A DNA stretch of 64,000 nucleotides from Limisphaerales bacterium. GTDB lineage: Bacteria > Patescibacteriota > Microgenomatia > UBA1400 > PJMF01. Position 1 is the stretch's first letter. Each line of letters begins with the position of its first letter. This document shows positions 18,703-27,605 of the stretch, in pieces. Both the position numbers and the translations under genes were made by a program. The notes below the pieces were generated by a model. It was not told where the DNA came from and did no database searches. It was given only the letters and a program-made list of their open reading frames with translations. The stretch is from NCBI GenBank assembly GCA_044350895.1, contig JBILGT010000002.1, positions 36,554-100,553 of the forward strand, in the 5' to 3' direction.

Positions 18703-19605
18703 TTAGATTCGCTTACTTGGTGAGAACTCTGGTGGTGGTGAAATACTATTCTTTTTGTTAGCTGGCTTCACAATTTTTGACTTATTGTTTTTTTCAGGTT
18801 CACGAAGCCCCCCTTCAACGGTGAAACCAATATCTGTTTCCACTGGAGTCGCCTTTTCCTGACTGTTTTTCTTAAAGTTTCGACGCGCACCAAATCGTAT
18901 AAGTTGCGCCACTACTTCAAAAGTTTCAGCAGAAGTTGTTACTGAACTTAAGTTCTGAGTACTGTTTTCAATCCCAGCTAATAAATTTGTAGCCACTTCA
19001 CTTTCAATGGATATTCCCAAATTCTGCAGTAGTTGGGCAATTACTTCACTACTGGAACTCACTGAGCCTGAATCGATTTTCACTGTCCCAAACGATGTCG
19101 TAAAGTTGTTAATAGAAACAAGTGAAGCAGTTTTGAATAAGTCCTCATATCCAAAGTAGAGTTGTTCCAAACTTTCGAGATCAGTTACACCCACTAAAAA
19201 AACTGCATCTGCGACTGCGCCAGTATATGTGAATTCAACTTGTGATGCATCAAGCGGTGGGAACCCTGCTTTTGGCTTGATGGTCAAATAAAATTTGCCC
19301 GTATCCTCACCAATGTGATAACTCACCTTATCCACTTGTTCTGGAGAATATGCAAAACTTATTCCCAGATTTTGATTTCCCATATCGATTTGCGTTTGCT
19401 CAATACCAATCAATGAGGCATCTGTTCTCTCCTCTATTTGCGGCGAAACGAGCCGCACCGACTTTTGTGCAGCAGAAAATGCTAAATACAAACTAGCCGC
19501 AACTGCACGATGATCAAATGATGTTTGTGAAGGGTGAATAACCAGAATTGTACTGGCAGAATCAAGTATGTTTTTAAGTTGTGACAACTGTGTTTCATCG
19601 AGCAT
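18703..19605 (-). CDS. DHH-family (NrnA/GdpP-like) fold protein with degenerate active site
   Basis: ILVIHP..D..A..SL, VFLVG, SSSEVIAQLL, ATNLLAGI..T..L pattern; DHH position reads SINNF. Confidence 0.6.
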   Translation of the reverse strand: MLDETQLSQLKNILDSASTILVIHPSQTSFDHRAVAASLYLAFSAAQKSVRLVSPQIEERTDASLIGIEQTQIDMGNQNLGISFAYSPEQVDKVSYHIGEDTGKFYLTIKPKAGFPPLDASQVEFTYTGAVADAVFLVGVTDLESLEQLYFGYEDLFKTASLVSINNFTTSFGTVKIDSGSVSSSSEVIAQLLQNLGISIESEVATNLLAGIENSTQNLSSVTTSAETFEVVAQLIRFGARRNFKKNSQEKATPVETDIGFTVEGGLREPEKNNKSKIVKPANKKNSISPPPEFSPSKRI

Positions 19606-19728
19606 AGAATTCAATCCCTATAACTATGTATATTTGTTATCACACTATACCAATCGTTGTCTACATACAAAAAAAATTCCCAAGTTACTTTACCCTTTGC
19701 ATCATACTTTTGGTATACTACACACATC

Positions 19729-21426
19729 ATGTTGAAACGGATACTTCTGACCGTGTTTTCTTTGTTTGTGCTCAACACAAGTATTGTGAGTGCTCAAGGT
19801 ACAGCACCTACCCCAACTCCTGGTGCTGATGCAGACAACAATGGGTACGTTGATAACCCATACAGTTATAATATAACCACCGATGAGTATGCCTCATATA
19901 AAAAAGCCACTCAAAATTGTGAGACCCCTTCCCTAGAATGTTTGGTCAAGTACACTACTCGCTTTGCAGCTATGGAGTGGGCACTCGATATCGCCTATGG
20001 TCAAAAAATTGCTGACAACGGGCGCAGTGGCGGCGTCTTTGCAGGAGTAATGGGACTTGTAAATGAGATGTACAAGAATCCTGCGGCACACACAGCTACC
20101 TATGTGGCTGACGTGATGCACACAGCTGGTTTTGCTCCAAAAGCATATGCGCAAGGTCTGGGTTTTGCGTCCCTTGATCCAATTTTGAACTTATGGAAAG
20201 TGTTCAGAAATGTAGCGTACTTCTTCTTCATTATCATTTTCATTTTCTTAGGCTTTATGATTATGCTGCGCAAAAAGATCAGTGGACAGGCAGCAGTCAC
20301 TGCTCAGCAAGCAATTCCATCAGTCATTATTAGTTTGATTCTCGTCACTTTTTCCTATGCCATTGCTGGTTTCATGATTGATTTAATGTATGTACTGATG
20401 TTCCTTATTGTGGGCGTATTTGAAGGAATAACATCGAGTATCGAAGTGGCTGGACAACAAATGACTGGCGCGACCCTAGTTAACCTCAACTTTATTGGAT
20501 TGTTCGCATTTCTTTTTAAAGCAAATACTGATGCCCAGGCAATTGGAACTAACATAAACATTTCATCAAGTATTATTGAAGCAGCGGCAGATAGCTCTAA
20601 TGTGGCAACATACTTAGGTGGTGTTATCGGTGGATTGACACTCACCTTGATCATCACGGTTGCTGTTTTAATTGGTTCTGTCAGATTATTCTTTGAATTA
20701 CTCAAATCATATGCATCCATTATTATGTATGTTGTCACTAGTCCATTAGTATTAATGTTTGGAGCACTTCCTGGTAACGATGTATTTGGGAAATGGATCA
20801 AAGGAATTATTGGAAACCTTCTTGCCTTCCCCACAGTTTTATTAGTGTTGATAATTTTCATTGAATTTACCCATCAAGGTGGTAGCGCTGGCGGCGCAAC
20901 TGCAGGATTCATGCCACCATTTTTAATTGGAAATGGCAGTGCTGCAAACATGATTGGGCCACTACTGGGTCTTGCTATTATCTTAGGACTTCCAGACATT
21001 GTGAAAGAAGTTAAAAAAGCGGCAGGTGCTGGAGAAGGTGGAATTGGCAGCATGCTTGCTGGCTTTGCTACAAGTAATTTGAAGTCAGGAATTAGATACT
21101 CGCCGATTACAGGGCGCGCGGCTGGATATATTGGCGGTGCTGGAGAAGGAATAGCTAGAGCGGCGTATAACGGTGACTTCTTGACTAGACCAGGTGTTGC
21201 TTGGGACAAAATCAAAGGTTATGCTGGAGTACGAGGTGGGCAAGGTGCTGACTTCGGAAAGAGATTCGCGTCTGGTGCAGAACAGGTTTTTGAAAACAAA
21301 TGGATGGATCCTAATGCCTGGGAAAATGTCATTTTGTCTCAAGGTAGAGAGAAAAAAGCTGCAGAAATCAAGGCGCGTCTTGAAAAACTTGACAAACTCG
21401 GTCGTACCCCAGGCAGAAGATCTTAA
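19729..21426 (+). CDS. VirB6/TrbL-like polytopic T4SS membrane protein
   Basis: GLGFASLDPILNLWKVFRNVAY, AIPSVIISLILVTFSYAIAGFMIDL, multiple TMs, Gly-rich basic C-tail; TGnTATACT before ATG 19729. Confidence 0.65.
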   Translation: MLKRILLTVFSLFVLNTSIVSAQGTAPTPTPGADADNNGYVDNPYSYNITTDEYASYKKATQNCETPSLECLVKYTTRFAAMEWALDIAYGQKIADNGRSGGVFAGVMGLVNEMYKNPAAHTATYVADVMHTAGFAPKAYAQGLGFASLDPILNLWKVFRNVAYFFFIIIFIFLGFMIMLRKKISGQAAVTAQQAIPSVIISLILVTFSYAIAGFMIDLMYVLMFLIVGVFEGITSSIEVAGQQMTGATLVNLNFIGLFAFLFKANTDAQAIGTNINISSSIIEAAADSSNVATYLGGVIGGLTLTLIITVAVLIGSVRLFFELLKSYASIIMYVVTSPLVLMFGALPGNDVFGKWIKGIIGNLLAFPTVLLVLIIFIEFTHQGGSAGGATAGFMPPFLIGNGSAANMIGPLLGLAIILGLPDIVKEVKKAAGAGEGGIGSMLAGFATSNLKSGIRYSPITGRAAGYIGGAGEGIARAAYNGDFLTRPGVAWDKIKGYAGVRGGQGADFGKRFASGAEQVFENKWMDPNAWENVILSQGREKKAAEIKARLEKLDKLGRTPGRRS

Positions 21427-21514
21427 TCTAGTTCTCAATTAAAAAAATTCACGAATATTATTAAGAAGCTGACATTTTCATCTTTTACTCTAGTACTTAG
21501 AGGGTCAAATAGGT

Positions 21515-24500
21515 CTAGTGTTTAACCTCAGCCTTACCAGAAGCATCTTTCTCTACTGCATGCTCGTGTTCGTATGGTGGTTTAAATTCCCCTTCAGAAT
21601 ATAGAGGGATAGCTCGTTTAATGCTGTGAGAAAGATCATCATCTTCTTCTGTTTCAATTTCCCATAACTTACGCATATAGAACATCTTATATCTATCACG
21701 AGGTCCTGCGATACAATAAGGTGGTGCGTTTCGCAAATCACCACCCATCAATCTTACAATTTCCTCGACTACATATCCAGGCAAACCACCAACTAGAACA
21801 TATTTGCTCATAAGTTCTCTATATAATGAATTTACTTTATGCCGTAAATGCCCGGATTCATAATTATGCAAAAGATCTGTAATATACGCACAAGTCAGTG
21901 GCGCAAATAACAATTGATGCTTTCCAGGAACCAATTTTGCCTTGCCCATATAATCCTTAATCCAAACTCTTAATAGTCCTTCAACTGCACCCTTATCCAT
22001 ATCAGGATCCATTGGTTTTTCAAATGCATCAAACAGTCCTTCTAGTTGGGTGCTGGCAATTTCGAATTGAACGGCAGAGAAATTGGGTGATTCATGTCCA
22101 CCAAAAAGAATATTTTGACCAAACATTGCATCCAACTGGGCAAGTCTATACTCTTTTTCATCCTTAAATTTTTTGTCCTTATACTTTTTATTAGCTTCCT
22201 TTAATTTTCTGTAATTAAAGTAGCCTTGGTGCTTAAATTCCTCTACGAAATCATTGACAGCTGTATTAAAGGCTGACTCTGTTATTCTTCCAGAAGTTAT
22301 ATCAGCAATTAACTGCCGTTTGCGCGCTTCTAGTTCCATTACTTGAGACGTCATTTCAGGCAATAATGGGAAGATTGGTTGATCAAGGTCAATGATAGCT
22401 CCTTCAAACAAACGTTTTTCTCTAGCTGGTGTCAAAGCATGAAGTGCCTCAGCATCATCTTTACCATGAAGATGCAGGTGCAGATCCAAATGATGTCTCG
22501 GCATAAATAACTTGCGAGCTTCGGTTATCCAAAGTGGTAATTTATCGTGCTTCATAAGTTCCTGCGCTGAGAACCTGGGGGCTGGTGGCAAATTACTAAA
22601 CCGTGTAAATAAATACAATTCAAAAAGGTCATGTACTTCTTCAGCACTACGAGCTTTATTAAGCCAGTTGTCATCAAAACTTTGAGCCACAAGTGCAATA
22701 AACTGATCTCGATCCACGAATTGGAAAATTCTCATGAACCTGGCTCTTGAGAGCCGATCATATCTAGTTGCATTGTATAAGTCCAAGGAGAATCTATTGG
22801 AGTAAGCGGATTCATCTTTACGAAGTGTTTCACCTGGAGAGAATCCATGACCACGAGTAGTACCACGACCTAAATATGGTTGATATCCAACAGATTTTGC
22901 ACCAAATGCTTTATAATAATTTAGGAGTGCAAGTCTTCTAAATATTGGTATGTCAGCAAAAACAAGTTTAATAATTGATGTAAAATCATCAGCAACGTGT
23001 TCATTAAGTACTCCATATGCAAATGGTTGATCCAACTTAGCTATTTTACTCAGCCGAGTTTGGAACTCATGGTCAGGCTCCCCTTGAATTCTTACTACCT
23101 GACTTCCACCCACGACACGATATGCTTGTTCTACTGGATTTTCATCCATAATTTCATCAATGCGCGATTGATAATCTGCTGTGGTTTCACCTTGGCGTTG
23201 TGGGACTAGCTTTACGACTGCAGCTCTATCGCCAGCTTGTATTGCATCTCTCGTTTTTCTCAATCTCTCCTGATAGTCAGGGTGAGTTTCCCTTTGGATC
23301 ATCCTAATATTGCCTGAATGATCAGCTAATCTGGCTCTTGTGGCATTTGTTGGATTTCCTGCGGCATCAATTATTTGGTCATGTATAGCTTCTACTAAAT
23401 GGCCTTTACCGACACCACCGAACTTTTCATTATCCTTAATTCGTGAAGTAATAAATCGCCACATAGCAATGGCGCGGACATCAACAGCAACACCATTTTC
23501 AAAATCCTTAATACCAACTGGTCGATTTGGATCTTTAAAATATAGCATTGCAAGTGTTTGCGGAGTACCGCCATTACCAGCAAACGGTTTAATCATATGA
23601 TTTAAGTTATGTGCCCAATCTTTACTACGGGATGTTCCATCAATGGCAGCGGCAGTAGTAGCAACACCATCCTTCAAAAGACTTTGTTGGTAATAATCTT
23701 CGACTTCACCTAAGCCAGCTTCATACCGATTTTTTAGCGCTTTAAAACGATCACTATCATATATAGCTGTTTGATCCATTAGCTCACTTACGACTTCTTG
23801 AATTGACATTGTCTGAGGATCCAGAGGTGTCAAAAGTTCTCTGGTGTGTTGTTGAATTAGTTGCTGTGCTCTTCTTTCAAACGCATCAATAACTCGATCT
23901 TCTTCTCCAACACCAGTTCTATTAAGGACGCCCGCTGTTTGTAATCTGTTGTATTCGGTGATGAGATTATCTCTTAGTTGTTTAAGCTCAGGCATCGACA
24001 TGCCCTCTTTCATCATTGCTTGTCTACTTTCTGGAATCTCAGCAACTAATCCTTCCCAGACTACTAGCTCCTTAGAGAAGTCAATTTTAAATTTCTCAAC
24101 ATTTCTAGTTTGAGTAAAACGATCAACCAGAGCCTGAATTTCACCTATTCTTTCAACCAAAGCGCGTCTACGATCAGTAATGACATCTCTTTGCTGTTGA
24201 TTGTTTCTGTTATATCCAAGTGCCGTAGTAGGTAAATTTGTGACAGCTTGATCAAAATTGGTCAGAACCGTAGTAGCATCTTGCAAAGCTTGCTGTGCTG
24301 CTATATCAGTTGTAATACCTGAAAGGTCTTGATTTACAACTGTTTCAGCAGCAACGGCCCATGGTTCAGTAGCAATTTGTTTCTGCCAAGTATTAAATGC
24401 GGTTTCTTGGAGGTTCTCTATTTGCTGAAGTATTCTCTGCTGTAAGGTTTCAGCTCGTCTGATGAGCCCCTGTGCGATGAGATAATCTCCCGTAGCAGGA

Positions 24501-26170
24501 TCAAATGTTCGTAAATCCATACGTTGGAGAATATTGACGTAGTATTCAAGCAGCTGTTGAACCGTATAGTTCTCTTCCTTTCCAGCAACATCAACGGGAC
24601 GAATTGTATTTCGGGGATCATATGAGGCATTAGCTAAGGCTGTTTCAACTGCGGTAATTTCTTGTTCAAAGTCAGTCACTAGCTTATTGGTTTTAGCATA
24701 ATATGCCGCTTCTGGGGATGTGGCTGGGTTCACAGTGGCTTGAGCAGGTCGTGCTTCAGGTATCAGGCGACGCATGCGATTAATTCTATTTTCAATATTC
24801 GTCATCCCTTGACTTATTATAGTTCGGTCGTCTGAAGATAATTTCAAGCCTAAAACATCCTCTGCTTCAAGCATTATATTTGATTCATACTCAGTGATAA
24901 TTGCATTGATCTCATTTATTTGATCTTGATTTATAGTAGCTGGAGTAAGTTGGGCTGCAAGGATGGCTTTAGCAGCTTGATTCAAATCTTGAAGCCTTTG
25001 TGAAACCTCTAAAAATCTTTGTCGTTCAGCTGGTTGGGTAACGTCTACAAATTGTGCGGCATTGATTTTATTTTCAAGATGAGATAAACGTTGGAGCATT
25101 GAAAGTAGATTGCGCATCACATTTATATCTTGTTCGTCACTTATTAGTCCTTCTAATCCTTGTCCCAGTACTTCAAGTACATAGAAAGCATTTCTATACT
25201 CTATCCCACCATTTACAGAACCAGCAAATATTAAGATTTCAGCATATGGGTTAAAATCAGGGCTATTTAAAGCTTGTTCTAATTCATCCATTATTAATCC
25301 ATAACGAGTCACTTCTGACGATCTACTTAGTCGACGAACTATTTCATAGATCTGATCCCGTAGATCTTCAAGCAAGTGAAGCATTTCATTAAGTTCACGT
25401 AATATATTGGGATCACTGGCTACAATGTTTAACTGGTCTTGTATCCCTTGTTCCAACTCAATAAGCACATTAAAAGTATTTTGGTACCCCATTGGACGAG
25501 TGTTGGCAGCATCTGCTGGAACCTGGATGACATCATATGGATTGTAACCTGGATTGGTTAAGGCTGTATCTAAAGCATCTATCACCAACTTGTACCGTTG
25601 CCGCTGTAAAGCTCGTTCGCGCTCTCCATCATCTCCTGGGTCACCATCGGGAGCTGCAGCTAATTCAGCAGCCCAATCAGCTGCAAAATTTTCTTCCGAT
25701 TCTCCTTCTTGCTGTTCAGTCAAGCTTGCTCTGCGAATACCAGCCAAGAGATCTCTATACCGTTTTACAAGATCAGGACGTGCTACAAAATTGGCGATAT
25801 GTAGTCGACACATGTTATTGAGGTCCTGCAAAAATACTTCTGCATTATGTGCATTAGTAATGTCACCCGCATTTAGTGCTTCTTCTCCAAGTTCTAGCGC
25901 GCGGTCGCAAATCCAAAAAATTGCATCCAAAATTTGTTTCTGTAAGTCGGCTTTAGTTTCTTCAAATACATTAAATTCGCCTAAAGTTTGCGGTTGATAC
26001 TCAGATATTTCTTGATATCTTCTCGTTAAATCAGTAACAATACCCATGGAAGCGCTAATATTTGCTACATCCATAGCTCCAACCACAGTCGAAACTCTGT
26101 TTAAATCACGATCAAGAGCTTTCTGAAGCTCTTCAAGTGACTGGCTGTATTGCTCAACCTCTTTTACCAT
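21515..26170 (-). CDS. Giant (~1550 aa) orphan alpha-helical protein with internal repeats
   Basis: Uninterrupted 4.6-kb ORF; no signal peptide or TM; TATAAT 7 nt before ATG 26170. Confidence 0.8.
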   Translation of the reverse strand: MVKEVEQYSQSLEELQKALDRDLNRVSTVVGAMDVANISASMGIVTDLTRRYQEISEYQPQTLGEFNVFEETKADLQKQILDAIFWICDRALELGEEALNAGDITNAHNAEVFLQDLNNMCRLHIANFVARPDLVKRYRDLLAGIRRASLTEQQEGESEENFAADWAAELAAAPDGDPGDDGERERALQRQRYKLVIDALDTALTNPGYNPYDVIQVPADAANTRPMGYQNTFNVLIELEQGIQDQLNIVASDPNILRELNEMLHLLEDLRDQIYEIVRRLSRSSEVTRYGLIMDELEQALNSPDFNPYAEILIFAGSVNGGIEYRNAFYVLEVLGQGLEGLISDEQDINVMRNLLSMLQRLSHLENKINAAQFVDVTQPAERQRFLEVSQRLQDLNQAAKAILAAQLTPATINQDQINEINAIITEYESNIMLEAEDVLGLKLSSDDRTIISQGMTNIENRINRMRRLIPEARPAQATVNPATSPEAAYYAKTNKLVTDFEQEITAVETALANASYDPRNTIRPVDVAGKEENYTVQQLLEYYVNILQRMDLRTFDPATGDYLIAQGLIRRAETLQQRILQQIENLQETAFNTWQKQIATEPWAVAAETVVNQDLSGITTDIAAQQALQDATTVLTNFDQAVTNLPTTALGYNRNNQQQRDVITDRRRALVERIGEIQALVDRFTQTRNVEKFKIDFSKELVVWEGLVAEIPESRQAMMKEGMSMPELKQLRDNLITEYNRLQTAGVLNRTGVGEEDRVIDAFERRAQQLIQQHTRELLTPLDPQTMSIQEVVSELMDQTAIYDSDRFKALKNRYEAGLGEVEDYYQQSLLKDGVATTAAAIDGTSRSKDWAHNLNHMIKPFAGNGGTPQTLAMLYFKDPNRPVGIKDFENGVAVDVRAIAMWRFITSRIKDNEKFGGVGKGHLVEAIHDQIIDAAGNPTNATRARLADHSGNIRMIQRETHPDYQERLRKTRDAIQAGDRAAVVKLVPQRQGETTADYQSRIDEIMDENPVEQAYRVVGGSQVVRIQGEPDHEFQTRLSKIAKLDQPFAYGVLNEHVADDFTSIIKLVFADIPIFRRLALLNYYKAFGAKSVGYQPYLGRGTTRGHGFSPGETLRKDESAYSNRFSLDLYNATRYDRLSRARFMRIFQFVDRDQFIALVAQSFDDNWLNKARSAEEVHDLFELYLFTRFSNLPPAPRFSAQELMKHDKLPLWITEARKLFMPRHHLDLHLHLHGKDDAEALHALTPAREKRLFEGAIIDLDQPIFPLLPEMTSQVMELEARKRQLIADITSGRITESAFNTAVNDFVEEFKHQGYFNYRKLKEANKKYKDKKFKDEKEYRLAQLDAMFGQNILFGGHESPNFSAVQFEIASTQLEGLFDAFEKPMDPDMDKGAVEGLLRVWIKDYMGKAKLVPGKHQLLFAPLTCAYITDLLHNYESGHLRHKVNSLYRELMSKYVLVGGLPGYVVEEIVRLMGGDLRNAPPYCIAGPRDRYKMFYMRKLWEIETEEDDDLSHSIKRAIPLYSEGEFKPPYEHEHAVEKDASGKAEVKH

Positions 26171-26231
26171 ACAGCGAATTATACTATTTTTCTTCACATA
26201 AAACGAGCTTGTTTAGGTACAATACCGTTCT

Positions 26232-26627
26232 ATGACTTCGCAACTCCACTCGCTATGGTTCTCAAGCACTGTTTTGCATGGTGATAAATCTGGCCGCCAG
26301 ATAGGTTTTCCCACAATAAACCTTGATCCCAAGGCTATGCCGCTAGGTTCTGAAGAAGGTGTGTATGCATCTGAAGTCAGAGTAGCTGACAAAATATATG
26401 TTGGAGCACTTTATTTTGGTCCTCGCAGCGTCAAAAATGAGGTTTTTAATGTGCTTGAAATCCACATCCTCAATTTTTCACAAGAAATTTACGGACAGAC
26501 AGTTTCATTTAAGGTTGGTACATTTATTCGTCCAGTGATACACTTCACAAAACTTTCAGAACTTAAAACACAACTTGCTGAAGATATTGCAGCAATACAA
26601 AAGGATGAAACGCTACATGCAAAATAA
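26232..26627 (+). CDS. Stand-alone riboflavin kinase (RibF C-terminal domain only)
   Basis: VLHGDKSGRQIGFPTIN, GVYA, LEIHILNFSQEIYG, FIRP..F..L..QL.ED. Confidence 0.9.
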   Translation: MTSQLHSLWFSSTVLHGDKSGRQIGFPTINLDPKAMPLGSEEGVYASEVRVADKIYVGALYFGPRSVKNEVFNVLEIHILNFSQEIYGQTVSFKVGTFIRPVIHFTKLSELKTQLAEDIAAIQKDETLHAK

Positions 26628-27534
26628 ATTTTCAAAAACACAATTGGTCGGACCGGCACTTATTGCTGTTGCGGCAATCCTTTGGGCATTGGATGGTGTA
26701 CTACGCAGAAGTCTTTTTGCGCTGCCACCAATCGTAATTGTGTTTTATGAGCACCTAATTGGGAGCATCATTTTACTGCCACTTTTGTGGAAACAGCTCA
26801 CCACTGAAGCAATCACCCGCAAAAGTCTCATGCTCGCATCAGGAATTGCCTTGTTGAGTGGACTACTTGGCACGCTCTGGTTCACCACAGCTCTGGTTAA
26901 AGTCAATTTTATTTCGTTTAGTGTCGTCTTTTTACTACAAAAACTACAACCTATTTTTGCAACTTCAGCAGCTGTCGTGCTCCTCAAAGAGAAAGTTTCC
27001 CGAACGTACGTCATGTGGGCGGGACTCGCGATGCTTGCTGCGTTTTTTGTAACGTTTAAAAATGGCTATGTCAGCTTGGCCACTGGAGAAGGCACAATTG
27101 TTGCTGCGCTCTACGCTATAGGTGCTGCGGCCGCCTGGGGATCGTCAACTGCCCTCTCAAAACTGCTCCTTAAAGAACATTCAACTGGTATGGCAACAGG
27201 ACTTCGATTCTTTCTCACCACAATATTTGGATTTATCGCTGTACTACTCTTTACTCAGCCTAATCAAATTATGTTGGTAGATGGCTCTCAAATCCTCCGC
27301 TTTGCAGTAATCGCGCTTTCTACGGGTATGGTAGCACTGTACATCTACTACAAGGGTTTACAGCGCACCCAAGCTAAAATTGCCACCATTATTGAATTAA
27401 TTTTTCCTATGTTGGCTGTTTCGATTGACGCAGTGGTGTACAAATCATTTTTGGCTCCCACTCAAATTATTGCTGCGCTCGTGTTGCTCTTTGCAATCTA
27501 TAAAGCTTCACAACTCAACGCCCAAAAGCAGTAG
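26617..27534 (+). CDS. EamA/DMT-family transporter
   Basis: About 10 TM with two EamA halves: AAILWA, LQPIFA..LLKEK, YYKGLQRTQAKIAT; overlaps the kinase stop. Confidence 0.85.
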   Translation: MQNKFSKTQLVGPALIAVAAILWALDGVLRRSLFALPPIVIVFYEHLIGSIILLPLLWKQLTTEAITRKSLMLASGIALLSGLLGTLWFTTALVKVNFISFSVVFLLQKLQPIFATSAAVVLLKEKVSRTYVMWAGLAMLAAFFVTFKNGYVSLATGEGTIVAALYAIGAAAAWGSSTALSKLLLKEHSTGMATGLRFFLTTIFGFIAVLLFTQPNQIMLVDGSQILRFAVIALSTGMVALYIYYKGLQRTQAKIATIIELIFPMLAVSIDAVVYKSFLAPTQIIAALVLLFAIYKASQLNAQKQ

Positions 27535-27605
27535 TTTGAGTCAACTAGTACTACCACTAATACTTCACTACACAGAATGCGGGTGTTCCAGGTATAATTA
27601 TCGGT

